DNA from: Octopus bimaculoides
Lineage: Eukaryota
Direction of reading: 5' to 3'
Length of the DNA stretch: 33,083 bases
NCBI RefSeq assembly: GCF_001194135.2
Contig: NC_069006.1
Coordinates: 23,324,709 to 23,357,791 of the forward strand
Positions 11,158 to 21,210 of the stretch are shown here, piece by piece. Numbering within the stretch: the first letter of the stretch is position 1; the number at the start of each line of letters is the position of its first letter. The position numbers and the translations under genes were made by a program. The notes under the pieces are model-generated. The model had not been told where the DNA came from and ran no database searches. It was given only the letters and a program-made list of their open reading frames with translations.

Positions 11158-11489
11158 CAGGAGTTCTCAACCATTTTTTATCTGTGGACCCCTTTGATTA
11201 CTTCTTCTGGTGGACCCCCATAGCCATTCGATGTTTAAAAACTAGTATTATAGAAGCTTCTTTCAAAATTCCTATTTAGTTCTTCAAATATTAACTCATG
11301 TAGGTTGAACTCTGTAAAGTATTAGAGAAAGAAACCCCAGCTGTTTCTTGCAATACATATCAATACATACATCTAAAGCCAGGAACCCTTAAAATACTAT
11401 TGTGGATCTCCAATTTACTTTTCTGTTGGACCCCCAAAAATCTTATATGGCATCTCATGGGCCATACGGACCCCATTTGAGAACCAGCA
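11158..11489. mobile_element. Non-autonomous hAT (Charlie/Buster-type) DNA transposon, 332 bp, with 8-bp TSD
   Basis: Ends are CAGGAGTTCTCAAC and TTTGAGAACCAGCA (imperfect TIR). An exact direct repeat GTTTACAT sits at 11150-11157 and 11490-11497. An 8-bp TSD with central TA is typical of this hAT group. Confidence 0.9.
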
Positions 11490-12290
11490 GTTTACATAGA
11501 CATTTGAGGGCATGCCACTCTTTTTCATGATCTATGGACATGAAGAAACTAACGTCATACACTATGTATATTATGTGCATGTGAGAGAGAGAGAGAGAGA
11601 GAGTTGAAACTCTGGTACGGACTTCCTATTTTCCTTCAGTGTCTACTTGGCATAGTTGTCGCTAAATGTATCATTGCTGAAAAAAAACTAACAAAAGCAA
11701 AAAGCAAAAACAGCAGTCAGAAATCTAATCAGATTTCTAATGTTTCCTCCATTGTAGTAGTTTCCCCGCAATGCTGCCTTCTCCTCGCATACTCATTCTT
11801 TCCACTTGCTATTGTTGTCGACAATTATTAATGGTGGTGTTATAGTGTGACTGAGGACGTAGGGAACTGGAGGTACGTCCAGTTTAGGATCTCAGTGTAG
11901 GGAACTCCAGTCTTTCCTCGGTATTACTTCACCATAAAACATGTACCAGTTGCTGTTGATACCAATCCTGCAGTAGGACTGAACTACATGGTTGCAAAAC
12001 AGATTTCTTAACTACTCAACTATCTCCATACATATGCCATGTACCAGTAATATATCATGATCATTTTTGCCCCCCCCCCACCACCACCACCAGAATAGTT
12101 CTTGTGTCTTATGAACAGTAAACAATACTATTACAGCATTTAGCACACACATAACACCCTTGTTAGAACAGATATTGGACCAGACCAAAGTAAATTCATG
12201 TTGAGTGGGTGACTGTTAAGTGTTGAATCTGAGCCTCAGTGTTATGTTGCCTTGCAGTTTCCATTAATATTTCAAAGATTCAGATTCAGT

Positions 12291-12406
12291 TTGTCGGCCC
12301 AAGGCTACAGTGGAAGACACTTGCCCAAGGTGCCACACAGTGGGACTGAAGCCGGAACCATGTGGTTGGTAAGCAAGCTACTTACCAACACAGCCACTTC
12401 TGCACC
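12291..12406 (-). mobile_element. tRNA-derived CORE-like SINE, 5' half
   Basis: Reverse complement: ggtgcagaagTGGCTGTGTTGGtaag...ggcttcagtccc (A-box/B-box), then 'ggcaccttgggcaagtgtcttc', a CORE-like motif. Confidence 0.85.
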
Positions 12407-12409
12407 TAT

Positions 12410-12575
12410 ATATATATAAATATACTTTATTTAAAAGCAGCAGAAATATAACAAAAAAACCGTTACTCTGAGTTTCACGTTCCCGTTCATCGGACAGTTT
12501 TGTTAGAAAATGGTATTTGAGTACTCTTTTTTCCACCTTGTTGCACATTTCATGTGCTTACTCCGGTATATATAA
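12410..12575 (-). mobile_element. About 165-bp element in a (TA)n context carrying a hammerhead and downstream AATAAA (Penelope-like pLTR derivative)
   Basis: Flanked by TA runs. Hammerhead at 12456-12501 and a minus-strand AATAAA at 12426-12431. Confidence 0.65.
12456..12501 (-). ncRNA. Near-intact type I hammerhead ribozyme with a U4C core variant
   Basis: AAAACUGU-CCGAUGA-ACG(GGAA)CGU-GAA-ACUC(A)GAGU-A-ACGGUUUU. Stem I is 8 bp with one GU pair, stem II is 3 bp with a GNRA loop, and stem III is a 4-bp palindrome. GUA triplet, with cleavage predicted 3' of 12464 on the minus strand. Confidence 0.8.
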
Positions 12576-12783
12576 ATATATATATATTAAAATTATAATT
12601 GAGGGTATCTAAGATACTACCATGCTAGAGATAGCAGTCAAAGCCTGACTCCAAAACCAAATCAGGTATTTTAAACTGGCAAATTTCTGGATAATCCCAG
12701 ACCAGGGTTTCTGGCTCCGTATAAACATATATACTTTACCTCCTCAATGAGATAGACCAAAATATAGTATATAAATATATATC

Positions 12784-13240
12784 ACCGAGGCGATGACTAC
12801 GGACCGAGACCTTTGGAAATGTGCTGTGCGTGAGAAGACCCGGCAAGCCAAGTAAGATCGTTGCCAGTGCCCCTGGACTGGTTCTTGTGCGGGTGGCACA
12901 TGAGATGCACCATTTTGAGCGTGGCCGTTGCCAGTATCGCCTGACTGGCTCCTGTAGGATTTTCGAGCAAGATCGTTGCCAGTGCCCCTGGACTGGCTTG
13001 TGCGGGTGGCACATAAAAGACACCATTTCGAGCGTGGCCGTTTTCGTGCGGGTGACACGTAAAAGCACCCACTACACTCTCTGAGTGGTTGGCGTTAGGA
13101 AGGGCATCCAGCTGTAGAAACTCTGCCAAATCAGACTGGAGCCTGGTGTTGCCATCCGGTTTCACCAGTCCTCGGTCAAATTGTCCAACCCATGCTAGCA
13201 TGGAAAGCGGACGTTAAACGATGATGATGATGATGATGAT
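12784..13240 (+). mobile_element. 5'-truncated RTE-type LINE: last ORF2 codons + 3' UTR + (GAT)7 tail
   Basis: 12784-12855 reads TEAMTTDRDLWKCAVREKTRQAK*, resembling the RTE ORF2 end 'DRxxWR'. A CpG-rich (young) UTR and a trinucleotide tail follow, inserted in a TA run. Confidence 0.8.
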
Positions 13241-13359
13241 ATATATATATATATATACAACACACGGACACTTACATATACTCACATACATATATATGTA
13301 TGTATATTCATTTTGATTGTTCATCTATATGGTCAAAATACCACCACAGTGAAAATAAT

Positions 13360-13461
13360 CCTTTCTACTAAAGGCACAAGGCTTGAAAATCTGCCTTAAC
13401 AAATGCTGTCTGACCCATGCAGGCATGGAAAAGTGGACAATACAATGATGAGGATGATGAT
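13360..13461. mobile_element. Chimera of two SINE tails in opposite orientation
   Basis: 'cctttctactaaaggcacaaggcttgaaaat' (as at 16597, minus) joins 'gaaaatctgccttaac...gacccatgcaggcatggaaaagtggac...gatgat' (RTE-like tail, plus). Confidence 0.6.
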
Positions 13462-13895
13462 TAGGTGCCTTCATCCTTGTCTTTTACTTCATAGCTTCAA
13501 AGAAGTGTAGTAATCTAAAGGTGAATGTGGCCCTGTCTCCAAAAAACTGGGAAAGACTGACTTGGTGAAGTGTTTAGTGTATGAAATGCTTAAGCAAGAA
13601 GTTTACCTTATCCATAATTTAATGTTATTGGTGCAAATTGTAAATCATTTTCTGTTGGTGTCAGGAGGCATGTTAGAGTTGCAAAAGATAGATTTTTTTT
13701 TATGGGGTCAGTGATGCTTGTCATTTATGCATCAACAATTTTATTGTCTTTGCTAACCTGGCTGAGCATCTGCACATTGAGACTTTCGAAACTAGTGACA
13801 AGTGTTTATGGCAATCTTGAAGTCACTCTCAGGTTGTCTAAGGAGTTGAATAACATCTCCTGGTGAACACAAGATAAACTGTTGCAAAGATTACC

Positions 13896-13982
13896 TTAAT
13901 CCTTTTGTTACCATATTTCTGTTGAGATGCTCTGTGGTTCTTTCAATTAATTTTAAATATAAGAAAGAATTTAGTAAAATTC
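13896..13982. mobile_element. One end of the TTAA-flanked (piggyBac-like) MITE family
   Basis: TTAA-TCCTTTTGTTACC...; its reverse complement matches 19370-19450. Confidence 0.65.
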
Positions 13983-14034
13983 TATTTTTCCTGTTTGCAC
14001 CATGTGTGTATGTGTATGTGTGTAAATATTTGCA

Positions 14035-14236
14035 CATGTGCGTTATTGTCTCCTTGCTTTGACTTCATGTGATAGTTGTAAACAAGCGTCACCATCATGC
14101 AAGCTATGATTTTCATTGCCAATCTTCCATGAAAACATGTCTGGGCCATAGAGAAAAATCTGCTTCAACATATTCTGCCCAAGTTATGCGAGTATTGGAA
14201 AGTGAATGCTAAAACAATGATGATGATGATGATGAT
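14035..14236 (+). mobile_element. Composite-SINE 3' half ending in (GAT)n
   Basis: 'ttgacttcatgtgatagttgtaaacaagcgtcacc' matches the post-(TG)n segment at 21210-21270, and the copy ends in a (GAT)n tail. Confidence 0.6.
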
Positions 14237-14358
14237 AAAATGTTAACAAAGGTGAATTTAAGAAAATATATATTGTCCCTCTTTCTAACCTACCCCTCTG
14301 AAATGCCATCTTGCACCCCGTTCCCTGTACTGCAATCACCCCAGTTAAGGAATCCCTG

Positions 14359-14396
<38 letters not shown>

Positions 14397-15308
14397 GATT
14401 GATTGATCTGCTACAAATAGCAGCAGAAATCTCTCTCATATCACTCTCTGGTTTCTTTAAAAAATAAAAAAAACGCAGAACATACTCTATCTACCACTAC
14501 TACCAGAACTTCAACCATCATTTACTGTTACTACAACCACTACTATTATTACAACNNNNNNNNNNNNNNNNNNNNNNNNNNNNNNNNNNNNNNNNNNNNN
14601 NNNNNNNNNNNNNNNNNNNNNNNNNNNNNNNNNNNNNNNNNNNNNNNNNNNNNNNNNNNNNNNNNNNNNNNNNNNNNNNNNNNNNNNNNNNNNNNNNNNN
14701 NNNNNNNNNNNNNNNNNNNNNNNNNNNNNNNNNNNNNNNNNNNNNNNNNNNNNNNNNNNNNNNNNNNNNNNNNNNNNNNNNNNNNNNNNNNNNNNNNNNN
14801 NNNNNNNNNNNNNNNNNNNNNNNNNNNNNNNNNNNNNNNNNNNNNNNNNNNNNNNNNNNNNNNNNNNNNNNNNNNNNNNNNNNNNNNNNNNNNNNNNNNN
14901 NNNNNNNNNNNNNNNNNNNNACTCCCCCTCCCCCCGGGCCACCAACACTACTATTACAAGCACCATACTTACCACCACCACCACCACCACCACCACCACC
15001 ATCATTATGGCTATAGTCCTTCTCCTCCTCCTCCTCCTCCTCTCTGTGTTGTGAATTTATAAACTGGAAGCATGACATCACCGGTGTTGCTTTGCCTGAA
15101 TAGATTCTCTCCTTCCTTGCTGCCTCCTCCTCTTCCTCCTCCTCACAGTTTCCATTCCCTCCTTTCTCCTCCTTCCACTCTCACACCATTTCCAAAGCAA
15201 AACCTCCAAAAAGAAACAAAAAGGAAAAGAAAATTTACGGAAAAACTACATTTGTGTTATAAACTACAATATATTGCACCAAAAATAAGACATATTAAGT
15301 CAACTAGC

Positions 15309-15309
15309 T

Positions 15310-15361
<52 letters not shown>

Positions 15362-15683
15362 ATCTATATGTCTATCTCTCTCTGTTTCTGTCTCTCTATT
15401 CATCTCTCTGTCTCTCCCTCTATTTCTTTCTATTTATCTATCTACTTTTCTCTCTTGCTACTTATTTATTTCTCTGTCTATCTGTTCCCCCCTCTCTCTC
15501 TTCTCCATTCATCTATATGTCTATCTCTCTCTGTTCATCTCTCTGTCTCTCCCACTTTCTATTTATCTGTCTCTCTTGCTATTTATCTATATCTGTTCCT
15601 CTCTCTCTCTCTCTCTCTCTCTGTTTATCTCTCTGTCTCTATTTCTATTTATCTGTCTCTCTTGCTATTTATTTATCTATCTG

Positions 15684-15727
<44 letters not shown>

Positions 15728-15785
15728 GCTTGCTCTTTCACCCTATCTACCTGTGTATCTGTCTAATTCTTTCTCTTTCTCCCAA

Positions 15786-15827
<42 letters not shown>

Positions 15828-15830
15828 ACT
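15309..15830. repeat. About 520-bp polypyrimidine (CT/CTAT/CTGT) tract with internally duplicated blocks
   Basis: Blocks such as 'atctatatgtctatctctctctgtt' and 'tttctatttatctgtctctcttgctattt' each recur. Confidence 0.9.
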
Positions 15831-15956
15831 CTTTGACTTTACCTTGATACAAATAATGAATTAATATCATTTTCTCTCATCATGATGACGAAATTGATGA
15901 TGACGATGCTATCTCGTCATCGTCATCATCATCATCATCATCATCATTATAATGAA

Positions 15957-15981
15957 GAACCGAACCGAACCGAACCGAACC
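15957..15981. repeat. (GAACC)5 pentanucleotide repeat
   Basis: Read directly. Confidence 0.95.
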
Positions 15982-16350
15982 ATAGAGGCACTGCTAGTCA
16001 TCATCGACAGNNNNNNNNNNNNNNNNNNNNNNNNNNNNNNNNNNNNNNNNNNNNNNNNNNNNNNNNNNNNNNNNNNNNNNNNNNNNNNNNNNNNNNNNNN
16101 NNNNNNNNNNNNNNNNNNNNNNNNNNNNNNNNNNNNNNNNNNNNNNNNNNNNNNNNNNNNNNNNNNNNNNNNNNNNNNNNNGGTGGTGGTGGTGGTGACA
16201 GCAGATGTCATTGGTGGTGGTGGTGGTGGTGGTGGTGGTAGTGATGCTGGCTGGTGGAATAATTAAATTAGATTGATGACAAAAGGAAAAAAGAATTGAT
16301 AAGAAAAATATTAAAGAAAACAAAAAAAATGCAAAAATAAAAACATCAAT

Positions 16351-16581
16351 CCTTTCTACTATAGGAATAAGGCCTGAATTTTTTTTTTTGTGTGTGTGGG
16401 AGGGGGTCTAGTCAATTACATTGACCCCAGTGCTTGACTGGTTCTTTGGTTCTTGTTTTATCAACACTAAAAGGATGAAAGGCAAGGTTGACCTTGGTGG
16501 GGTTTGAACTCAGAATGTGAAGTTTGAAGAAATGTTGCTAGAAGCATTTCGTCTGGCAGGCTGATGAGTCTGCCTGCTCAC
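16351..16581 (-). mobile_element. tRNA-derived SINE (second family), near full length
   Basis: The reverse complement has a tRNA-like head with B-box GAGTTCAAACC, the body 'ccttggtgggg...cctttcatcctttt...actggggtcaatg' and the tail 'agtagaaagg'. Confidence 0.8.
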
Positions 16582-16596
16582 TTCTTTAAGAATAAG

Positions 16597-16774
16597 CCCT
16601 TTCTACCATAGGCACAAGGCTTGGAATTTGGCAGGAGGGCACTAGTTGATTTCATTGACCCCAGTGCTTCACTGGTACTTAATTTATCGACCCTGAAAGG
16701 GTGAAAGTTAAAGTCGACCTCGGCAGAATTTGAACTCGAGACATACAGACACATGAAAGTTCTGCCAGCTTGCC
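16597..16774 (-). mobile_element. tRNA-derived SINE (second family) with internal deletion
   Basis: Collinear with 16351-16581. B-box reads GAGTTCAAATT on the minus strand. Confidence 0.8.
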
Positions 16775-16805
16775 ATCATCATCATCATCATCATAATAGT
16801 AATAA

Positions 16806-16895
16806 TACTTTGCCTTTCATCCAAAAGGATGAAAGGCAAAGTAAACCTAAGCGGAATTTGAACTCAGAACATAACAACAGACAAAATGCTGCTAG
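16806..16895 (-). mobile_element. SINE head fragment capped by a perfect 17-bp fold-back
   Basis: TACTTTGCCTTTCATCC-AAAA-GGATGAAAGGCAAAGTA, followed by 'ggaatttgaactcagaac', as in the two upstream copies. Confidence 0.75.
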
Positions 16896-17394
16896 GTATT
16901 TCCTCACTACATATAAATAACAGTAAAATTGATGGAATGGATCATATCTACTTCTTCTTACCTCTTTATGAACCCCTTCTCTTTGATCGAAATAAATTCC
17001 AGAAAGGCCTTACTATTTTAGAGGTTTGATATTTTTGTCTTAGTCTTTGACCAGGCATTGATCTCTGATGCAATTAATCAGGTGTTTAATCTCTATAGAA
17101 TACTTTACACATATACACATGCGTATAAGCACACACTACAAATTTAGATTTGTACACCATACACACACACACATGCCATGAACACATATATTCCATACAT
17201 TAGTACAGTTGGTCTAACTCATTATGTTCTAAATTTATCTTTCTGTTTACCTAGTTGTCTGTTTGTCTGTCTGACTATCTGCCTGTCTGTCTGTTTATAT
17301 CCATCCATCCATCCATCCAATTCTATTCTATTCTTCTATTTATCTGTCTGTCTGTCTATTCACCTGCCTTAAACCACACAACTATGTTTGTGTC

Positions 17395-17441
<47 letters not shown>

Positions 17442-17447
17442 GTGTGT

Positions 17448-17484
<37 letters not shown>

Positions 17485-17924
17485 TGCCTCTGCATAGATG
17501 TATATTTATGTATATATATGTCAATATGTGTATGCATATAAAACACACACACAAAGGAAATGTGTTATAATAAGTAAGGCAAGTAATTCCTAGGGCATAA
17601 CTCAAATGGTTAACTCTTGACATTATAAGACTTACTGCACACACTTTTAGTTGTCACGAGATATCTCGTGATCAAGGCTTAAAGGGTTTTAAAATACTCC
17701 ATATTCTCTCAGTCATCCTCCCATATTCTCTCTATCTTTCTCTCTCTCTCTATCTCTCTCTCTCTCTCTCTATCTATCTATTTATCTGCCTATTTGTCTT
17801 GCATATTTAATCTATGTTGTTTCCAATTTAGATGCAAGGTTAGCAATTTTGAAGGGAGTAGAAGGGTACTTATTTTATCAACCCCTGGAAGGAGGAAGCG
17901 TAAAGTTTGATCTTGGCGGGATTA

Positions 17925-17975
17925 TTCTTCTATTTGTTTCAGTCATTTGACTGTGGCCATGCTGGAGCACTGTGT
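17925..17975 (-). mobile_element. SINE 3' tail fragment
   Basis: 'tgtttcagtcatttgactgtggccatgctggagca' is nearly identical to 25057-25091. Confidence 0.65.
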
Positions 17976-18105
17976 AGACTTGGAATGTAAAAAGCTGGAG
18001 CTAATACCCCAAAGCTGTAAGAATGCTGCCAATAGTTTCAAAAGAAAGGAAATAAAGGGAAAACTGCCCCCTTCCTTTTCCAGTATTTAACTGGTAGGGT
18101 TAGGT

Positions 18106-18300
18106 CAGTGGTTCTTGACTGGGGTCGGTATGACCCTTTGGGGTCTTATATAAGATTTTGTTAAAATTTATGAGTAATGAATTGGTTATACTTCTATGAT
18201 ACACAAAAGATTTTAAGAATTTTTTTATACAATTCCTAATAATATTTAATTACTGAGGGTCCAGTAGAATAAAATAGGAGTCAAAGGGGTCCTTAGAGGA
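18106..18300. mobile_element. Fragment of the hAT family at 11158-11489, opposite orientation
   Basis: 'cagtggttcttgactggggtcggtatgaccc...atataagatttt' aligns with the reverse complement of 11435-11489. Confidence 0.65.
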
Positions 18301-18311
18301 CCTTAGGGGAC

Positions 18312-18450
18312 CTAAGACTGCCCCTGCTTCTATGATGCAAAATTCCTGTTTTAACCCTTTTGATGCCGACTCACTTGAGACCACCTCAAGTTCTGACATA
18401 AACTTACTGTTTTAGAGTGGTCTAAATTATATTCTGCCATCAAAATGTTA
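18312..18450 (+). mobile_element. Tandem partial fragments of the TTAA-flanked MITE family
   Basis: 'ttaacccttttgatgccgactcacttgagacc' and 'ctaagactgcccctg...atgatgcaaaatt' both resemble 19218-19290. Confidence 0.5.
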
Positions 18451-18502
18451 TGCTGTTTGTTTGTGTGTTGATGTTATCGTTGTGTGTATATATAGGATGT
18501 TG

Positions 18503-18576
18503 TTGTCTAAACCCCAGGCCAGTTCTTGTCTAAACCCCAGGCCAGTTCTTGTCTAAACCCCAGGCCAGTTCTTGTC
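18503..18576. repeat. 23-bp minisatellite, 3.2 identical copies
   Basis: (ttgtctaaaccccaggccagttc)x3 + ttgtc. Confidence 0.95.
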
Positions 18577-18701
18577 AAGAAAGACATTCTAGCTGTGACC
18601 CTTCTGTCTTTTACTGAAACATGTATGTTCTATAAAGCAATGACTACCATACCTGCTCTCTGTATGCTATAAATTTATATATGCTGTGTGTGTGAGACAA
18701 T

Positions 18702-18839
18702 GGCTTAACTGGCTGAAACTTCAAAGTCACTGTCGGCAATGTTCTTGTTTAAGAATAATAATCTGTACTCTACAGAAGTATTGAGTAACCCCTCCTCGTA
18801 TTAATGTAAAATTGTTTTTATTATAACCAAACATAAACA
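18702..18839 (+). repeat. Unclassified about 140-bp interspersed repeat, copy 2
   Basis: Collinear with 9040-9180. Confidence 0.8.
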
Positions 18840-19221
18840 CAAGCATCTGTTTTTCTAATATTTCTTCTTCTCCCTTTTCTCTTTCAAACTCTAATCTGCT
18901 GCCATCTCTTGGACTTCTAGCATACGAAGTGTAATGCACAAGCATTTACTCAAGAATGGGATAGTGACATTTGAACACATCTTTGACCAAAGAATCGGTA
19001 AGTTTAAACGTTGCCTTTTCTTGTTTTGTTTTCAGGTTTTTTTTTTTGTCAATTCTAGTGTCAAACTTTATACAGTACAGTTTGGGTTGTGTATCCAATA
19101 TACATACTCTCCTCCTCTACCCCTCCTCCTTTCCGTTTCCACCACATACACACATGCAACAATTCAAACATGCTTGCATTCATATATTCACTCTCATGTT
19201 GACACTCAGAGACAAGCTTAG

Positions 19222-19446
19222 CTCTTTCGATACCAACCCACCTGAGACTGCCTTTGACACTCCATGATACAAATTTGGTATTTCAAAGTGATCTATATTA
19301 AAACCTTGAATCAAAATTTCATTTCAATTTATATTCCAAACACCAGCTTCATAAATAACAAGGTTGTTGTACTAAATTCGTCATCATTTTCCAAATTAAT
19401 TGAAAGAAAAACAGTGTATTTCAACAGGAGTATATTTACAAAAGGC
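19222..19446. mobile_element. TTAA-flanked (piggyBac-like) MITE, about 225 bp
   Basis: TTAG|CTCTTT ... AAAGGC|TTAA: short eroded TIRs and a near-TTAA duplication. Related fragments lie at 13896 and 18351. Confidence 0.6.
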
Positions 19447-20039
19447 TTAAAGTGATCTAAATTAAAATCTTCCTTCAAAATTTTATGACAGTTATTTTTC
19501 CTAAATTCTTCATTATTCTCAAAATTAAATTAAAACAAAATCTCTTAATAATTAGGAAAAGAAAGTCGACTCTATGGAAAATGTAAAATTATATTGAGAA
19601 AATAAAAATTATGTAAATTAATAGATAATAATAATAATTGTGTAAACTAATAAGTAATAATAATTAATAGGTAATCATCATCATCATCATTTTATTTTCA
19701 ATTTTAACTTGACAAAAACCAGCTCCTTTATTTATATTATCATTTATTGACTTCAGGAATATTATGACATTACATTCCAAGGTAACCCTTTTGTTAATAT
19801 AATAATAATAATTAATTAAATTGATAGTTAATGGTAATTAATGGGTAATAATAATAATTGTGTGAATAATTAGGTAAAGGAATATTATTCCAATTAATTG
19901 AAGAAATGGGAAGTATTCACCCTAAGTGGGAAATAGATGAAAATGCTATAATTAATTGAGGATGAGATTGATTGACAGCTTGGAGTCTTCCTAGAATAGA
20001 TTTCATGCGAGAGCTAGAGGGAAGGGGAACTGCACAGGG

Positions 20040-20212
20040 AACTCAGTTGGCTCTCTGTTACCGTTGAATAGAGAGGAGCAACATGAAAAGAAAGGCCTTG
20101 CTCAAGAACAAAACATACTGCTTGGTTTGGGAATTGAACCCATGTCATTATAATCAAATAGCAAACACTCTAATCTCTATGCCACACACCTTCATTGCAC
20201 ACCTTTATAATT
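20040..20212 (-). mobile_element. tRNA-derived SINE, same family as 1340-1635
   Basis: Reverse complement: 'ggtgtgtggcatagagattagag...gggttcaattccc...ttgttcttgagcaaggcctttcttttcatgttgctcc'. Confidence 0.7.
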
Positions 20213-20222
20213 ATGGACAGGA

Positions 20223-20253
<31 letters not shown>

Positions 20254-21019
20254 CTCTCTCTCTCTTATTCAGCTGAATATTTCAAGCTTATTTACTTTTT
20301 TTTTCTGCTTTCCTAAATTGATAAAACTGAGGTGTATTCTTCTATAATCTTTCTGAAATCCCAGGTACAGTATTTNNNNNNNNNNNNNNNNNNNNNNNNN
20401 NNNNNNNNNNNNNNNNNNNNNNNNNNNNNNNNNNNNNNNNNNNNNNNNNNNNNNNNNNNNNNNNNNNNNNNNNNNNNNNNNNNNNNNNNNNNNNNNNNNN
20501 NNNNNNNNNNNNNNNNNNNNNNNNNNNNNNNNNNNNNNNNNNNNNNNNNNNNNNNNNNNNNNNNNNNNNNNNNNNNNNNNNNNNNNNNNNNNNNNNNNNN
20601 NNNNNNNNNNNNNNNNNNNNNNNNNNNNNNNNNNNNNNNNNNNNNNNNNNNNNNNNNNNNNNNNNNNNNNNNNNNNNNNNNNNNNNNNNNNNNNNNNNNN
20701 NNNNNNNNNNNNNNNNNNNNNNNNNNNNNNNNNNNNNNNNNNNNNNNNNNNNNNNNNNNNNNNNNNNNNNNNNNNNNNNNNNNNNNNNNNNNNNNNNNNN
20801 NNNNNNNNNNNNNNNNNNNNNNNNNNNNNNNNNNNNNNNNNNNNNNNNNNNNNNNNNNNNNNNNNNNNNNNNNNNNNNNNNNNNNNNNNNNNNNNNNNNN
20901 NNNNNNNNTTCATATAAGGTTTGTGCATAAAATAAATACACACACAGAAGTATAACAAGTAATGAGATAACGTCAGTGCAGTCTGTCTCCTAGAAATAGC
21001 AGCCAGCCCCTCCTCAAAT

Positions 21020-21171
21020 CGTGGCTGTGTAGTAAGAAGTTTGCTTCTAATCACATGGTTCTGGGTTCAGTCTTACTGCATGACATCTTGAGCCAGTGCC
21101 TTCTATTAAAGTCCCTGGCCAAACAAAGTCTTGTGAATGGATTTGGTAGATGGAAACTGAAAAAAGCCCAT

Positions 21172-21210
<39 letters not shown>

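Noticed and set aside
12340-12406. tRNA gene, here and at 28921-28986
   Set aside because: A and B boxes are present, but they continue into SINE body or break off, with no acceptor stem. These are SINE heads.
12736-13201. Overlapping 87-134 aa ORFs with internal repeats
   Set aside because: They arise from the GC-rich duplicated RTE 3' UTR, downstream of the ORF2-like stop at 12855.
16561-16585. CTGATGA as a hammerhead core
   Set aside because: It lies in a SINE tRNA-like head, with no stem II or GAAA box after it.
18503-18576. CRISPR-like array
   Set aside because: The units are contiguous with no spacers, and the context is eukaryotic.
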